Positions 51,501-61,149 of a DNA stretch of 64,000 nucleotides are shown piece by piece. Position 1 is the stretch's first letter. The number at the start of each line of letters is the position of its first letter. Origin of the DNA: a bacterium. Lineage in GTDB: Bacteria; UBA8248. The notes below the pieces were generated by a model. The model ran no database searches, was not told the origin of the DNA, and saw only the letters and a program-made list of their open reading frames with translations. The stretch is taken from assembly GCA_965219955.1 (NCBI GenBank), contig OZ244799.1, positions 2,208,001 through 2,272,000 of the forward strand, read 5' to 3'. The translations under genes and the position numbers were made by a program.

Positions 51501-51997
51501 TCCTTATAGAACCCGGCCGCCTCGCGCGCCGCTTCCTCGCGGCCGTGCAGGAGGTGGTCGTTCACCTCCCCGCGCAGGCAGGCGGACGTGCAGATGAGGC
51601 CCTCGGCGTGTTGGCTGATAAGTTCACGGTCGATCCTCGGGAAATAGTACATCCCCTCGGTGAAGCCGCGCGTGACCAGTTCGCACAGGTTGTTGTAGCC
51701 CGTCTGGTTCTGGGCCAGCAGCAGCATGTGGTAGGCGCGCCCGCCGCCGTTCGTGGACCCCTTGTCGAACCGGCTGCCGGGGGCGACGTACACCTCGCAG
51801 CCGATGATGGGCTTTACGCCCGCCCTTTTCGCCGCCTCGTAGAACTTCACGGCGCCGAACATGTTCCCGTGGTCGGTAAGCGCCACGGCCGGTTGGCCGA
51901 GTTCGGCGGCGCGCTGCACCAGATCGCCGATTCGCGTGGTGCCGTCCAGGAGACTGTACTGGGAGTGAAGATGCAGATGAACGAATTCAGACGGCAT
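48566..51997 (-). CDS. dnaE: DNA polymerase III alpha subunit
   Basis: PHP domain HLHLHSQYSLLDG; GRGSAAGS, PDVDIDF and YGFNKSHS motifs; no intein. Confidence 0.99.
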   Translation of the reverse strand: MPSEFVHLHLHSQYSLLDGTTRIGDLVQRAAELGQPAVALTDHGNMFGAVKFYEAAKRAGVKPIIGCEVYVAPGSRFDKGSTNGGGRAYHMLLLAQNQTGYNNLCELVTRGFTEGMYYFPRIDRELISQHAEGLICTSACLRGEVNDHLLHGREEAAREAAGFYKDLFPGRYYLELQDHGMEEDKQVIPRVIALSKEMGLPLVATNDVHYLDKGDHSAQEVLICIQTGKTLNDPNRMTIKSEEFYLKTAEEMEALFGEVPEALASTLDIAEQCDFEFTFGAAHYPDFQTPDGADKKEYLRRSAEEGLAGRLAQFGIEGAEAERYRERLRMELEVINSQNYEGYFLIVSDFIRYAKEQGIPVGPGRGSAAGSLAAYALGITGIDPLRYSLLFERFLNPERISPPDVDIDFCMDRRDEVIRYVQEKYGRENVCQIITFGSMLAKGVLRDVGRVMDMPYGEVDRIAKLVPNELKITLDDAMKKEPRLRDTVERDPKVSGLMGTARKLEGNIRHAGTHAAGVVIAPSKLTDFVPLYKASGGEMMTQFDMKDIEEIGLLKMDFLGLKTLTVLERAVNLVRDGGGELDLETLALDDAATYRLLAEGKTTGIFQLESRGIREYLRKLIPTTFEDLIAMVALYRPGPLESGMVDAFINRKHGREQIDYFFDELQTILEGTYGVMVYQEQVMQISNALAGFSLGRADVLRKAMGKKSQKLMAEQQADFVDGAAARGHDRKKVQSLWDQIDKFAGYGFNKSHSAAYALIAYRTAYMKTHHPREFMSALLTCDRENADKVINDIAECRSMKIPVLPPDVNASQKDFTVEREAIRFGLAAVKNVGEGLVDAVLASRNEEGPFRDLGDFCRRVEHRHLNRRALESLIKAAAFDSLNVGRAQATASLDIVLEAAIREQKSVAVGQGSLFGGEDAARSALHLPEVAEWEDGERLASEREVLGFYVSGHPLDDHKEVIERFANIDTVRLAEVTSARKLKMAGLIRSSRLRTTRAGRRMANFVLEDQVGTAEMTLFPDVFESCHEILESEEPVLVEGVAEVSDDGVQVVVRAIEPLSEVEVNRASRVLVDLEPECRSPNRLQSIREVLARHPGNCAVHFTLRFPGREVRIEAGGEFVVAPTAELSDELGDLVGAGAVRFE

Positions 51998-52177
51998 GTC
52001 GATTCCCCGGGGGCGGATTTTAACAGGGGCGTGATTTTAATACTGGCCTGCTCTTGTTGGCTTACTGCTTATGGTGAAGCCCTTTCAGTTTACTTCTTTC
52101 TGCCTCTCGCCTGAAACCCGCCGCCGCCATCTCTCTTGCTGCTTGCCGAGAGAAGGCGCAATCCCGCCAGCGGCGGA

Positions 52178-52543
52178 TCACCCGCCGTATCCGAACAGCC
52201 GGCTGATGAACCTGCCGGGTATCATGGCGAACCCGCCCGCGATGAAGGCGCCTATCATCGTGCCCGTCATGAACGCCGCGTGCCTCCGCACGTTTCCCCG
52301 CCGTATCGAAACGACCGCTACTATCATGCAGAAAATCGTCCAGACCGTCAGCAGGTGAATCCAGCTGAACGCGCCGTCGTTCAGTTCGCGTATCCAGAAT
52401 GAGGAGACCGTGACGTAGCTCATCACAACGAGCCAGCACCAGCCGATAATACGGTGCCTGCGCGTTCCCTTCGCAGACGCAAGGTTGACGAGGCCGAGCC
52501 CGATCGCCAGTACCGCGAGAATGAAATGCGTCCATATCAGCAA
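52178..52543 (-). CDS. DUF2306-like small membrane protein
   Basis: KGTRRHR..G, SWIHLL, HAAFM and PGR motifs; four TM segments. Confidence 0.8.
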   Translation of the reverse strand: MLIWTHFILAVLAIGLGLVNLASAKGTRRHRIIGWCWLVVMSYVTVSSFWIRELNDGAFSWIHLLTVWTIFCMIVAVVSIRRGNVRRHAAFMTGTMIGAFIAGGFAMIPGRFISRLFGYGG

Positions 52544-52561
52544 GGTTTCGGTTTCCTGAGC

Positions 52562-53119
52562 CTAGTTGTTGAAATCCTTGAGCACCACAACGTCCTGCAC
52601 GAGTTTCCCCATGTAGCTCAGGTCTTCGTGCATGTTCGTGTTCAGCGTGACCCTTATCTCCAGAACGCCCTTCGGCAGTTTATCCATGAAATAAGAAGCC
52701 GCATACAGCCTCGTCAGCTTCCTGCCGTTCAAATACAGATGCGCGTGGCCCTCGTTGATCTTCGAAGTCTTGTTCACTTCTTCGGGGGCGAAGCGGAAAT
52801 TCCTGAGTTCCAGGAACAGGTTGAGCGCCCCCCTGGAGTGGGCGTCTTTTTCCAGGCGTATCTTCACGCCCGGGGGGTTCTTGTGGCCGGCGGGGATCAC
52901 CTTTACGGAATGCTTCATCCCGTGCGCATGACCCTTCTTCATGCCGGCCTCGCGGGGCTTGTGCATGTGATGCCCATGGCCTTTCTCCCCGTGGCCGCTT
53001 TGAGCGATGTGCAGGTGGGGATAATTCGCCTCATGGGCATGGGCGTTCGCTGTCGGAAGAAGCGAAGCCAGGAAAAACAGCGAAACCATAACGAGCGAGG
53101 TCTTCAATGCGGGATACAT
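52562..53119 (-). CDS. Exported His-rich putative metal-binding protein
   Basis: Signal peptide; His/Met-rich N-terminus; EGHAHLYLNG.K..RLY and VTLN.N.H motifs. Confidence 0.75.
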   Translation of the reverse strand: MYPALKTSLVMVSLFFLASLLPTANAHAHEANYPHLHIAQSGHGEKGHGHHMHKPREAGMKKGHAHGMKHSVKVIPAGHKNPPGVKIRLEKDAHSRGALNLFLELRNFRFAPEEVNKTSKINEGHAHLYLNGRKLTRLYAASYFMDKLPKGVLEIRVTLNTNMHEDLSYMGKLVQDVVVLKDFNN

Positions 53120-53320
53120 TTTATTTTGACTCCCAAAGAGGATTTCATAGCGGCGACGGACATTAAAAAGGAAAGAACGGGCTGATTTATTGTAACCTGC
53201 TGAATCTAAAGACATTAAAACTGGAACTGCCCTATAGCTCTTACTTGCTTTTTCATCCAGAATATCCAAGATTCCGAATAGCGTCCATATTCCAAAAACT
53301 CGAAGAAAACCGGAGAAAAA

Positions 53321-54070
53321 ATGCGCAAATTCCTTCTCCTGATTATTATCGTTTTTCTGGCGGGATGTAAAACTGCATCCGACGGGCTTTCATCCGCCTG
53401 GTATTTCGACACGGCCGGCAGGACGACCTACCGGGACAAAGACTGGAACGTCGAGTTTTACGACAACTGCGGGTTCCCGGAATCCTCTTCGGTACGATGG
53501 ATAACGGAAGGAAAAGAGACCTTCCTGCGCTTTACACTGAAAAACAATCAGGTGGGAGGATGCGGCACCGATGCCGGGGCCAGGCACGGCGCGCCATACT
53601 GGGAGCGGGCGGAAATAAAGCAGACTGCCTCTTTGAAAAAAGATGTGGACTATACGCTCACCTTCAGGGTCCGGTTCGTGAAGGGATTCATCTACGAAAG
53701 AGAAGACTTTTTTCAAATGCACCAGGGTGTTCAGGGTTGCAGGGTCGGCCCTCCCATGATGTTCAAATTCTCGAACGGCCGCTTGATAAGCAAAATCTGG
53801 AACGAGCGTTTTACGAGGAAGGTACACATCGATGAATTCATCGGGAAATGGATAGACGTAAAGCTGGAGATTCACTTAACGGAATCGTATTACAGCCTGT
53901 ATTTCAATGAAGAAAAGCTCGTGGACGAGGGAGATTTTGCTGTCGAGTCATGCGGAGAGCCGCATTTCAAATTCGGAATATACCGGCCCGGCGACGAAGC
54001 GGCGAGCGGCGAGAGAATCTCCATCCTGGATATCGACAAAATCAGGTTGGTCGAGATGAAGAAAAAGTGA
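53321..54070 (+). CDS. Lipoprotein with polysaccharide lyase (heparin lyase I-like jelly-roll) domain
   Basis: Lipobox FLAGC; ERAEI, QMH, PP and FKFGIYR motifs; AT-richer than the backbone. Confidence 0.7.
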   Translation: MRKFLLLIIIVFLAGCKTASDGLSSAWYFDTAGRTTYRDKDWNVEFYDNCGFPESSSVRWITEGKETFLRFTLKNNQVGGCGTDAGARHGAPYWERAEIKQTASLKKDVDYTLTFRVRFVKGFIYEREDFFQMHQGVQGCRVGPPMMFKFSNGRLISKIWNERFTRKVHIDEFIGKWIDVKLEIHLTESYYSLYFNEEKLVDEGDFAVESCGEPHFKFGIYRPGDEAASGERISILDIDKIRLVEMKKK

Positions 54071-54106
54071 TTCTTGCCTAACCCGTTGACTTTTGGAGCC
54101 TTCCAC

Positions 54107-55636
54107 TCACTCCCACTCGATCGTGCCCGGCGGCTTGGAGGAGACGTCGTAGACCACGCGGTTCACGCCGCGCACCTCGTTGATGATGCGCGATGAGGCT
54201 TCGGCCAGCAGATCCGCAGGCAGCCTGGCCCAGTCCGCCGTCATCCCATCCTGGCTGGTGACGGCGCGGAGCGCGAGAGCGTTCTCATACGTCCTCGCGT
54301 CGCCCATCACGCCCACGGTGTTGACGGGCAGCAGCACGGCGAACGCCTGCCAGACCTTGTAGTAGTGATCGTGCTTGCGGAGCGTTTCGATGAAGATGGC
54401 GTCCGCCTCCTGCAAGGTTCTCACGCGCTTCTCCGTCACTTCGCCCAGAACGCGCACGGCCAGCCCCGGCCCCGGGAACGGATGCCGCCAGAGCATCTCG
54501 CGGGGCAGTCCCAACTCCTCGCCCGCCTCGCGCACCTCGTCCTTGAACAGTTCGCGAAGGGGCTCGATGAGCGCAAGCCTCATCCATTTGGGCAGTCCAC
54601 CCACGTTGTGGTGGCTTTTTATGGTCGCCGAAGGCCCCTTGAACGAGACGCTCTCGATGACGTCGGGGTAGAGCGTACCCTGGGCCAGGAACTTCACGTC
54701 GCCCAGCCTCCCCGCCTCGCGCTCGAACACGCGGATGAATATCTCGCCGATCTTCTTTCTCTTGGCTTCGGGGTGCGTGACGCCGCGAAGGGCGCTCAGG
54801 AATTCCCCGCTCGCGTCCACGTGCACGAGGTTGAGCCTTTCGCCGAAGGTCGCGACCACTTGCTCGGCCTCGTTCTTCCGGAGCAGGCCGTTGTCCACGA
54901 AGATGCAGGTGAGCCGCTCGCCTATCGCCTCTTTGACGAGCATCGCCGTGACGGAGGAATCCACGCCGCCCGAGAGACCGCAAACCACGCGCCTTGGCCC
55001 CACCTGCACCCTGATGCGGTCGACCGCCTCCTCGATGAAGGAGCGCATCGTCCAATCGCCCGCGCATCCGCAAATCCTGCGCACGAAATTGTGGAGAAAC
55101 TCCTTGCCGCGCGGGGTGTGCGCCACCTCCGGGTGGAACTGTATGCCGTAGCGCCGCCCGTCTTCGGACATCATCGCCGCTACGGGGGACCCGTCCGAAC
55201 GCGCGAGCGACCTGTAGCCGGGCGGCGGCTCCTCTATCGTGTCCCCATGACTCATCCAGACGGTCTCGTCGCCGGAGGAGCCGAGAAAGATGCCGACGGG
55301 GTCATCAATCTCCACCTGCGCGCGTCCGAATTCCCTTTTGGGATAGGGGCCGACTTTCCCGCCGAGCAGATGGGTCATGAGTTGCATGCCGTAGCAGATT
55401 CCCAGAATGGGGAGGTCGCTCTCGAAAAGCGCGGGGTCGACCGAGGGGGAGCCGTTCTCGTACACGCTGCTCGGCCCGCCCGAGAGGATGACGCCCTTCG
55501 TGTGCGGACCCGTAATCTCGCGCCAATCCCGGGTGCACGGGTGAATCTCGCAATACACGTTCAACTCCCGCACGCGCCGGGCGATGAGCTGCGTATACTG
55601 CGAGCCGAAATCAAGTATGAGTATCTGCTCCCGCAT
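54107..55636 (-). CDS. guaA: GMP synthase (glutamine-hydrolysing)
   Basis: DFGSQY, GICYG, QFHPEV, SGGVDS and KPPGTIEWE motifs. Confidence 0.99.
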   Translation of the reverse strand: MREQILILDFGSQYTQLIARRVRELNVYCEIHPCTRDWREITGPHTKGVILSGGPSSVYENGSPSVDPALFESDLPILGICYGMQLMTHLLGGKVGPYPKREFGRAQVEIDDPVGIFLGSSGDETVWMSHGDTIEEPPPGYRSLARSDGSPVAAMMSEDGRRYGIQFHPEVAHTPRGKEFLHNFVRRICGCAGDWTMRSFIEEAVDRIRVQVGPRRVVCGLSGGVDSSVTAMLVKEAIGERLTCIFVDNGLLRKNEAEQVVATFGERLNLVHVDASGEFLSALRGVTHPEAKRKKIGEIFIRVFEREAGRLGDVKFLAQGTLYPDVIESVSFKGPSATIKSHHNVGGLPKWMRLALIEPLRELFKDEVREAGEELGLPREMLWRHPFPGPGLAVRVLGEVTEKRVRTLQEADAIFIETLRKHDHYYKVWQAFAVLLPVNTVGVMGDARTYENALALRAVTSQDGMTADWARLPADLLAEASSRIINEVRGVNRVVYDVSSKPPGTIEWE

Positions 55637-55792
55637 CTTTATTTCGGGATGCAGCGGTCGAACCGCCTCTCCCCCCCTCTATTCTGTGGCCCGCTCAGGA
55701 GCCGGGCGAAGCACTTACACGGGGCGGGCGCTCATCTGCACACACGCCCGCCGCGGCGCCGACGGGCACCGCACCGGATTACGCTTTATCAA

Positions 55793-57472
<1,680 letters not shown>

Positions 57473-57529
57473 TCAAAAGGACGCGGCATCAAGGCCCTCC
57501 CCGATAGCCCTCCTTTTTCTTGCCTCGCC

Positions 57530-57558
57530 ATTGTGTTGCGCGCGGGCGCGGGTGTCAA
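57530..57558 (-). promoter_or_regulatory. Putative sigma70 promoter of guaBA (TTGACA-N17-CACAAT)
   Basis: Perfect -35 and 17-nt spacer; implies a ~235-nt leader. Confidence 0.6.
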
Positions 57559-57589
57559 GGGCTTCCGCCTTTTCGTGCGAAAAACCGGC

Positions 57590-59503
57590 TCAGCTCCGCA
57601 GGAAGCGCCTCCTCACGGGGCCGTCGCCCATCACAAGCATGACGGGCCGCCCATGCGGACAGGTCCACCTGCCCGGTGTTTTCTCGAGTTCCTCGACGAG
57701 GGAGGCCACCTCCTCGGGACGCATGGGCCGCGCCGCCTTCACCGCACCCTTGCAACTCATCCCCGCGATGATGCCGTCGATGAGATCCGCGAAACTCACG
57801 GGCTGCTCCATATCCGCCAGACCCTCCACAATCTTGCGCACGGCGCCTGCGGGGTCGCGGTCCGCCAGCAGCGCCGGCACGGCCCGAATCCGGTATTCCC
57901 CGGGACCCGCGCACTCGAGTTCGAAGCCTGAGCGCAGCAGATCCTCATGATGCGCCTCGATGCTCAGCGCCTCCTCGGGGCGGAGGCGAACCTCTTCGGG
58001 CACCAGGCACGCCTGGCTGTCCACGCGGCCCTCCCGGAACTGGTCGCGGAAGCGGTTGTAGAGCACCCGCTCGTGCGCGGCGTGCTGATCGACGAAAACG
58101 AGACCTTGCGGCGCGCCGAACAGCAGGAAGCACTCCTCCCATTGCCCCAGATAGCGGCACTGGGAAAGAACCACCGGGTCCGCTGGATGGGGCGGCTGGA
58201 GGGTGCGCTCGAGCGGCGAGGAGGCCGTCGATTCGGGCGGAGAACCCTCGGGCGCAGGCGGAGCGGGGTTTCCCGCCTCGGCGCCGGACGCAGGTTGCGA
58301 AGCTTCGTGCGTTCCTCCCTCCGCCGGGACTCCGAAATCCCCGGCGGCGACGCTCTCACCAAAATATCCCCCGCCGCCCAGCAGGGCCGGCGCGGAAGGA
58401 CGGGCTGGAGGCGACCCGGTGGGCGCGGCGCCTTCCTCTGCGGCAACACTCGGAGCCGCGCGGTCTGCGCCCTGGTGGGCGAAATCGCGCCGCACGCTAT
58501 GGGGCCGCGCGCCCAGCACGGCGGCGACGCTCTCGCGTACGAGATCGTAGACGCCCGACGCGAAGCGGAAGCGCACCTCCTGCTTGGCGGGGTGGACGTT
58601 CACGTCCACGTCCTCGGGCGGCATGTCCAGAAAGAGGATGAAGACGGGGTGGCGCTTCACCGGCATGAAGCTGCGGTAGGCCGCGTACGCCGCGTGGACG
58701 AAAAGACGGTCGCGGATGGGGCGTCCGTTCACGAACAGATACTGCGCGCCGCGCGTGGAGCGGTTCAGCCCGGGTGCGCCCGCCCAGCCGCTGAACGTCA
58801 TGCTCTCGGATGAGGCGCGCGGAATTTTCAGAAGGTGAGAAGCCGCCGCCTCACCCACGAGTTGCGCGGCGCGGGTCAAAACCCCTCCCGAGGCGTCCAG
58901 GTCGAGCAGCGTTCTCCTCCCGTGGCGCAGGATGAACGAAACGTTCGGGTTCGCCATGGCCGCCTGATTCGCCGCCTCCAGGCAGCGGGCGAGTTCGGTC
59001 TCTCTTCTTTTGAGGAATTTGCGCCTCGCCGGCACGTTATAGAACAACGAGCGCACGTCGACCCTCGTGCCGGGCGCGGTTCCCATCTCGGTGACGCGCT
59101 GGAGCTTGCCGCCCTGCACGCGCACCTCGGTCCCCAGGGGATCCCCCGGCCTCCTGGTCGTGATGGTCATCTTCGAGACCGCGGCGATGCTCGGCAGCGC
59201 CTCTCCCCGGAAGCCCAGGGTGGCGACGCGGCCCAGATCCCAATCCGTGGCTATCTTGCTCGTCGCGTGGCGCTCCAGGCACAGCAGCGCGTCGTCCTCG
59301 CTCATGCCGTGCCCGTCGTCGACCACCTGCACGCGCGCGGCGCCGCCTGATACCAAATCGATTTCCACCCGCCCGGCGCCCGCATCGATGCTGTTCTCCA
59401 CCAGCTCCTTGAGGAGGGATGCAGGCCGCTGCACCACCTCGCCCGCGGCAATCTGGTTCGCGAGCGATTCGGGCAATATGCGAATGCGGGATTCTTTGCT
59501 CAT
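57590..59503 (-). CDS. mutL: DNA mismatch repair endonuclease MutL
   Basis: IAAGEV, ELVENSIDA, GFRGEAL and DQHAAHER...CPHGRP motifs. Confidence 0.98.
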   Translation of the reverse strand: MSKESRIRILPESLANQIAAGEVVQRPASLLKELVENSIDAGAGRVEIDLVSGGAARVQVVDDGHGMSEDDALLCLERHATSKIATDWDLGRVATLGFRGEALPSIAAVSKMTITTRRPGDPLGTEVRVQGGKLQRVTEMGTAPGTRVDVRSLFYNVPARRKFLKRRETELARCLEAANQAAMANPNVSFILRHGRRTLLDLDASGGVLTRAAQLVGEAAASHLLKIPRASSESMTFSGWAGAPGLNRSTRGAQYLFVNGRPIRDRLFVHAAYAAYRSFMPVKRHPVFILFLDMPPEDVDVNVHPAKQEVRFRFASGVYDLVRESVAAVLGARPHSVRRDFAHQGADRAAPSVAAEEGAAPTGSPPARPSAPALLGGGGYFGESVAAGDFGVPAEGGTHEASQPASGAEAGNPAPPAPEGSPPESTASSPLERTLQPPHPADPVVLSQCRYLGQWEECFLLFGAPQGLVFVDQHAAHERVLYNRFRDQFREGRVDSQACLVPEEVRLRPEEALSIEAHHEDLLRSGFELECAGPGEYRIRAVPALLADRDPAGAVRKIVEGLADMEQPVSFADLIDGIIAGMSCKGAVKAARPMRPEEVASLVEELEKTPGRWTCPHGRPVMLVMGDGPVRRRFLRS

Positions 59504-59771
59504 GGGGGTCCTCGTGTTGTCGTCCGTCGCCGCCTAATGTCCCGCATTCAGGGAGGGTTGTCAAGCGATAACCACAACATATTGCGCCTACAATCGCATA
59601 ATTACGCCATATGATGGGATATTTTCTTTTAATGAGGCTTTTCGGGTCTGCGTTCGGCGGTTTCCGCGGCGGGTCCGGACGCGAGCGCGCGGGAGGCGAA
59701 TTCTCTCAGGGTCTCGCCCTGCCGGGCCCGTGCGAGGGCAGCGGAGAAAAAGGCTCACAGGAACCGCATGC

Positions 59772-60102
59772 GAGGCTGTTGAAAAAGCCCCCCCGACAAG
59801 GGGGGGCAATGCTCGCTGAACGGCGACCGTAGGGACAGGCCTCTGTGCCTGTCCGAAACCCTGGCAAAGGACAACCACGGAGGGTTGTCCCTACGGGGCC
59901 GTTAAAACCCCCTCAAGAGGCTGTTGTAAAAGTCCTCCAGGGGGGATGATGGCGGTGCGTTCGCCGTCCTTGCGTGCCATATTTCACTCATCCCGAGTAG
60001 GCGCACTTGCGCGCCGTATCGAGGGACGGACGCGCGCCCTTCGATACGCGGCTTCGCCGCTACTCAGGGTGAAAGAGATGTGAGAGCTTTTTCAACAACC
60101 CC
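59772..60102. mobile_element. Tandem/nested MITE-like elements carrying REP-type palindromes
   Basis: Left ends GAGGCTGTTGAAAAAG (59772) and GAGGCTGTTGTAAAAG (59917); right end CTTTTTCAACAACCCC (60087-60102); GTAG REP pair at 59829-59894; 60035-60072 is the exact reverse complement of 14658-14695. Confidence 0.75.
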
Positions 60103-60265
60103 CTAAAGACACATGCACGTTCATAGAAAAAACACGGGCGTTCGCCGGTATCCGCGCCTACACAGGCATATCCCCGCCTCATTCCCCACCGGAGCGTCAT
60201 TGCCTGCGTTCAACCGTTGCGCGTATACTGCGGGCGTCGGAATCCCCCAATCGTGAGGCCAAGCC

Positions 60266-61069
60266 TTGAGCGAGAACAAAAGCGGTTTCGAGCGCGCGGT
60301 GGAGGTCATGGCCCGCCTCAGAGCGCCGGACGGCTGCCCCTGGGACAAGGAGCAGGACCACCAGAGCCTCAAGCCCTACCTCATAGAGGAAGCCTACGAG
60401 GTGATGGAGGCCATCGAGGCGGGCAACCCGGCCATGCTCAAGGAAGAGTTGGGCGACCTCCTGCTCCAGGTGCTCTTCCACTGCCGGCTCGCCGAGGAGA
60501 AAGGCCTCTTCGACGCCGACGGGGCCGCCCGCGCCCTCGCTCAGAAGATGATCGACCGCCACCCCCACGTGTTCGAGGACGCCCTGGCCGAAACCAGCGG
60601 CGAGGTGCTCAGGAACTGGGAGATCAGCAAGAGAAAGGCGCGCGCGGTGGGAGACAACGGCGCGGCCTCCATTCTCGACGGCGTGCCCGCCGCCATGCCC
60701 GCGCTCCAGCGCGCCCAGAGACTGCAGGGAAAAGCCTCGCGCGTGGGCTTCGACTGGCCGGACGCGGCCGGAGCGGCGGATAAGGTGGAAGAGGAATGGG
60801 CGGAGCTCAAGGCGGCGATGCGAAAAGGAGACCGCGAAGCGCTCGAGCAGGAGGTGGGCGATCTTCTCTTCGCCGCCGTGAACCTCTCCCGGAAACTCGG
60901 GGTGAGCGCCGAGGGAGCGGCCCGCGCCTGCATCGCGCGCTTCACCGAGCGGTTTCATCATATGGAACAGGCGCTGCGCGCCCGGGGACTCTCGCCCGAG
61001 GACGTGCCGCTAGAAGAGCTCGAAGCGCTTTGGAATGAAGCGAAAAAAGCCGGGAGGAGCGGAGGCTGA
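60266..61069 (+). CDS. mazG: Nucleoside triphosphate pyrophosphohydrolase MazG
   Basis: LRAPDGCPWD, EEAYE, EELGDLL, RHPHVF and second EEE...EVGDLLF domain. Confidence 0.96.
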   Translation: MSENKSGFERAVEVMARLRAPDGCPWDKEQDHQSLKPYLIEEAYEVMEAIEAGNPAMLKEELGDLLLQVLFHCRLAEEKGLFDADGAARALAQKMIDRHPHVFEDALAETSGEVLRNWEISKRKARAVGDNGAASILDGVPAAMPALQRAQRLQGKASRVGFDWPDAAGAADKVEEEWAELKAAMRKGDREALEQEVGDLLFAAVNLSRKLGVSAEGAARACIARFTERFHHMEQALRARGLSPEDVPLEELEALWNEAKKAGRSGG

Positions 61070-61149
61070 CCCGGCTCTCGCTCTGACCCCGGCCATACGC
61101 ACCCGGTGACGCACCACCCCGCCCGCCCGGACGAAACCAGGATCGACCC

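Noticed and set aside
48557-52114. 1185-aa ORF on the + strand
   Set aside because: Antisense shadow of dnaE produced by high-GC codon bias; no recognisable domain.
52000-54106. Integrative element at the guaA 3' end with att duplication
   Set aside because: No second copy of the guaA terminal sequence and no integrase seen; only loose accessory genes.
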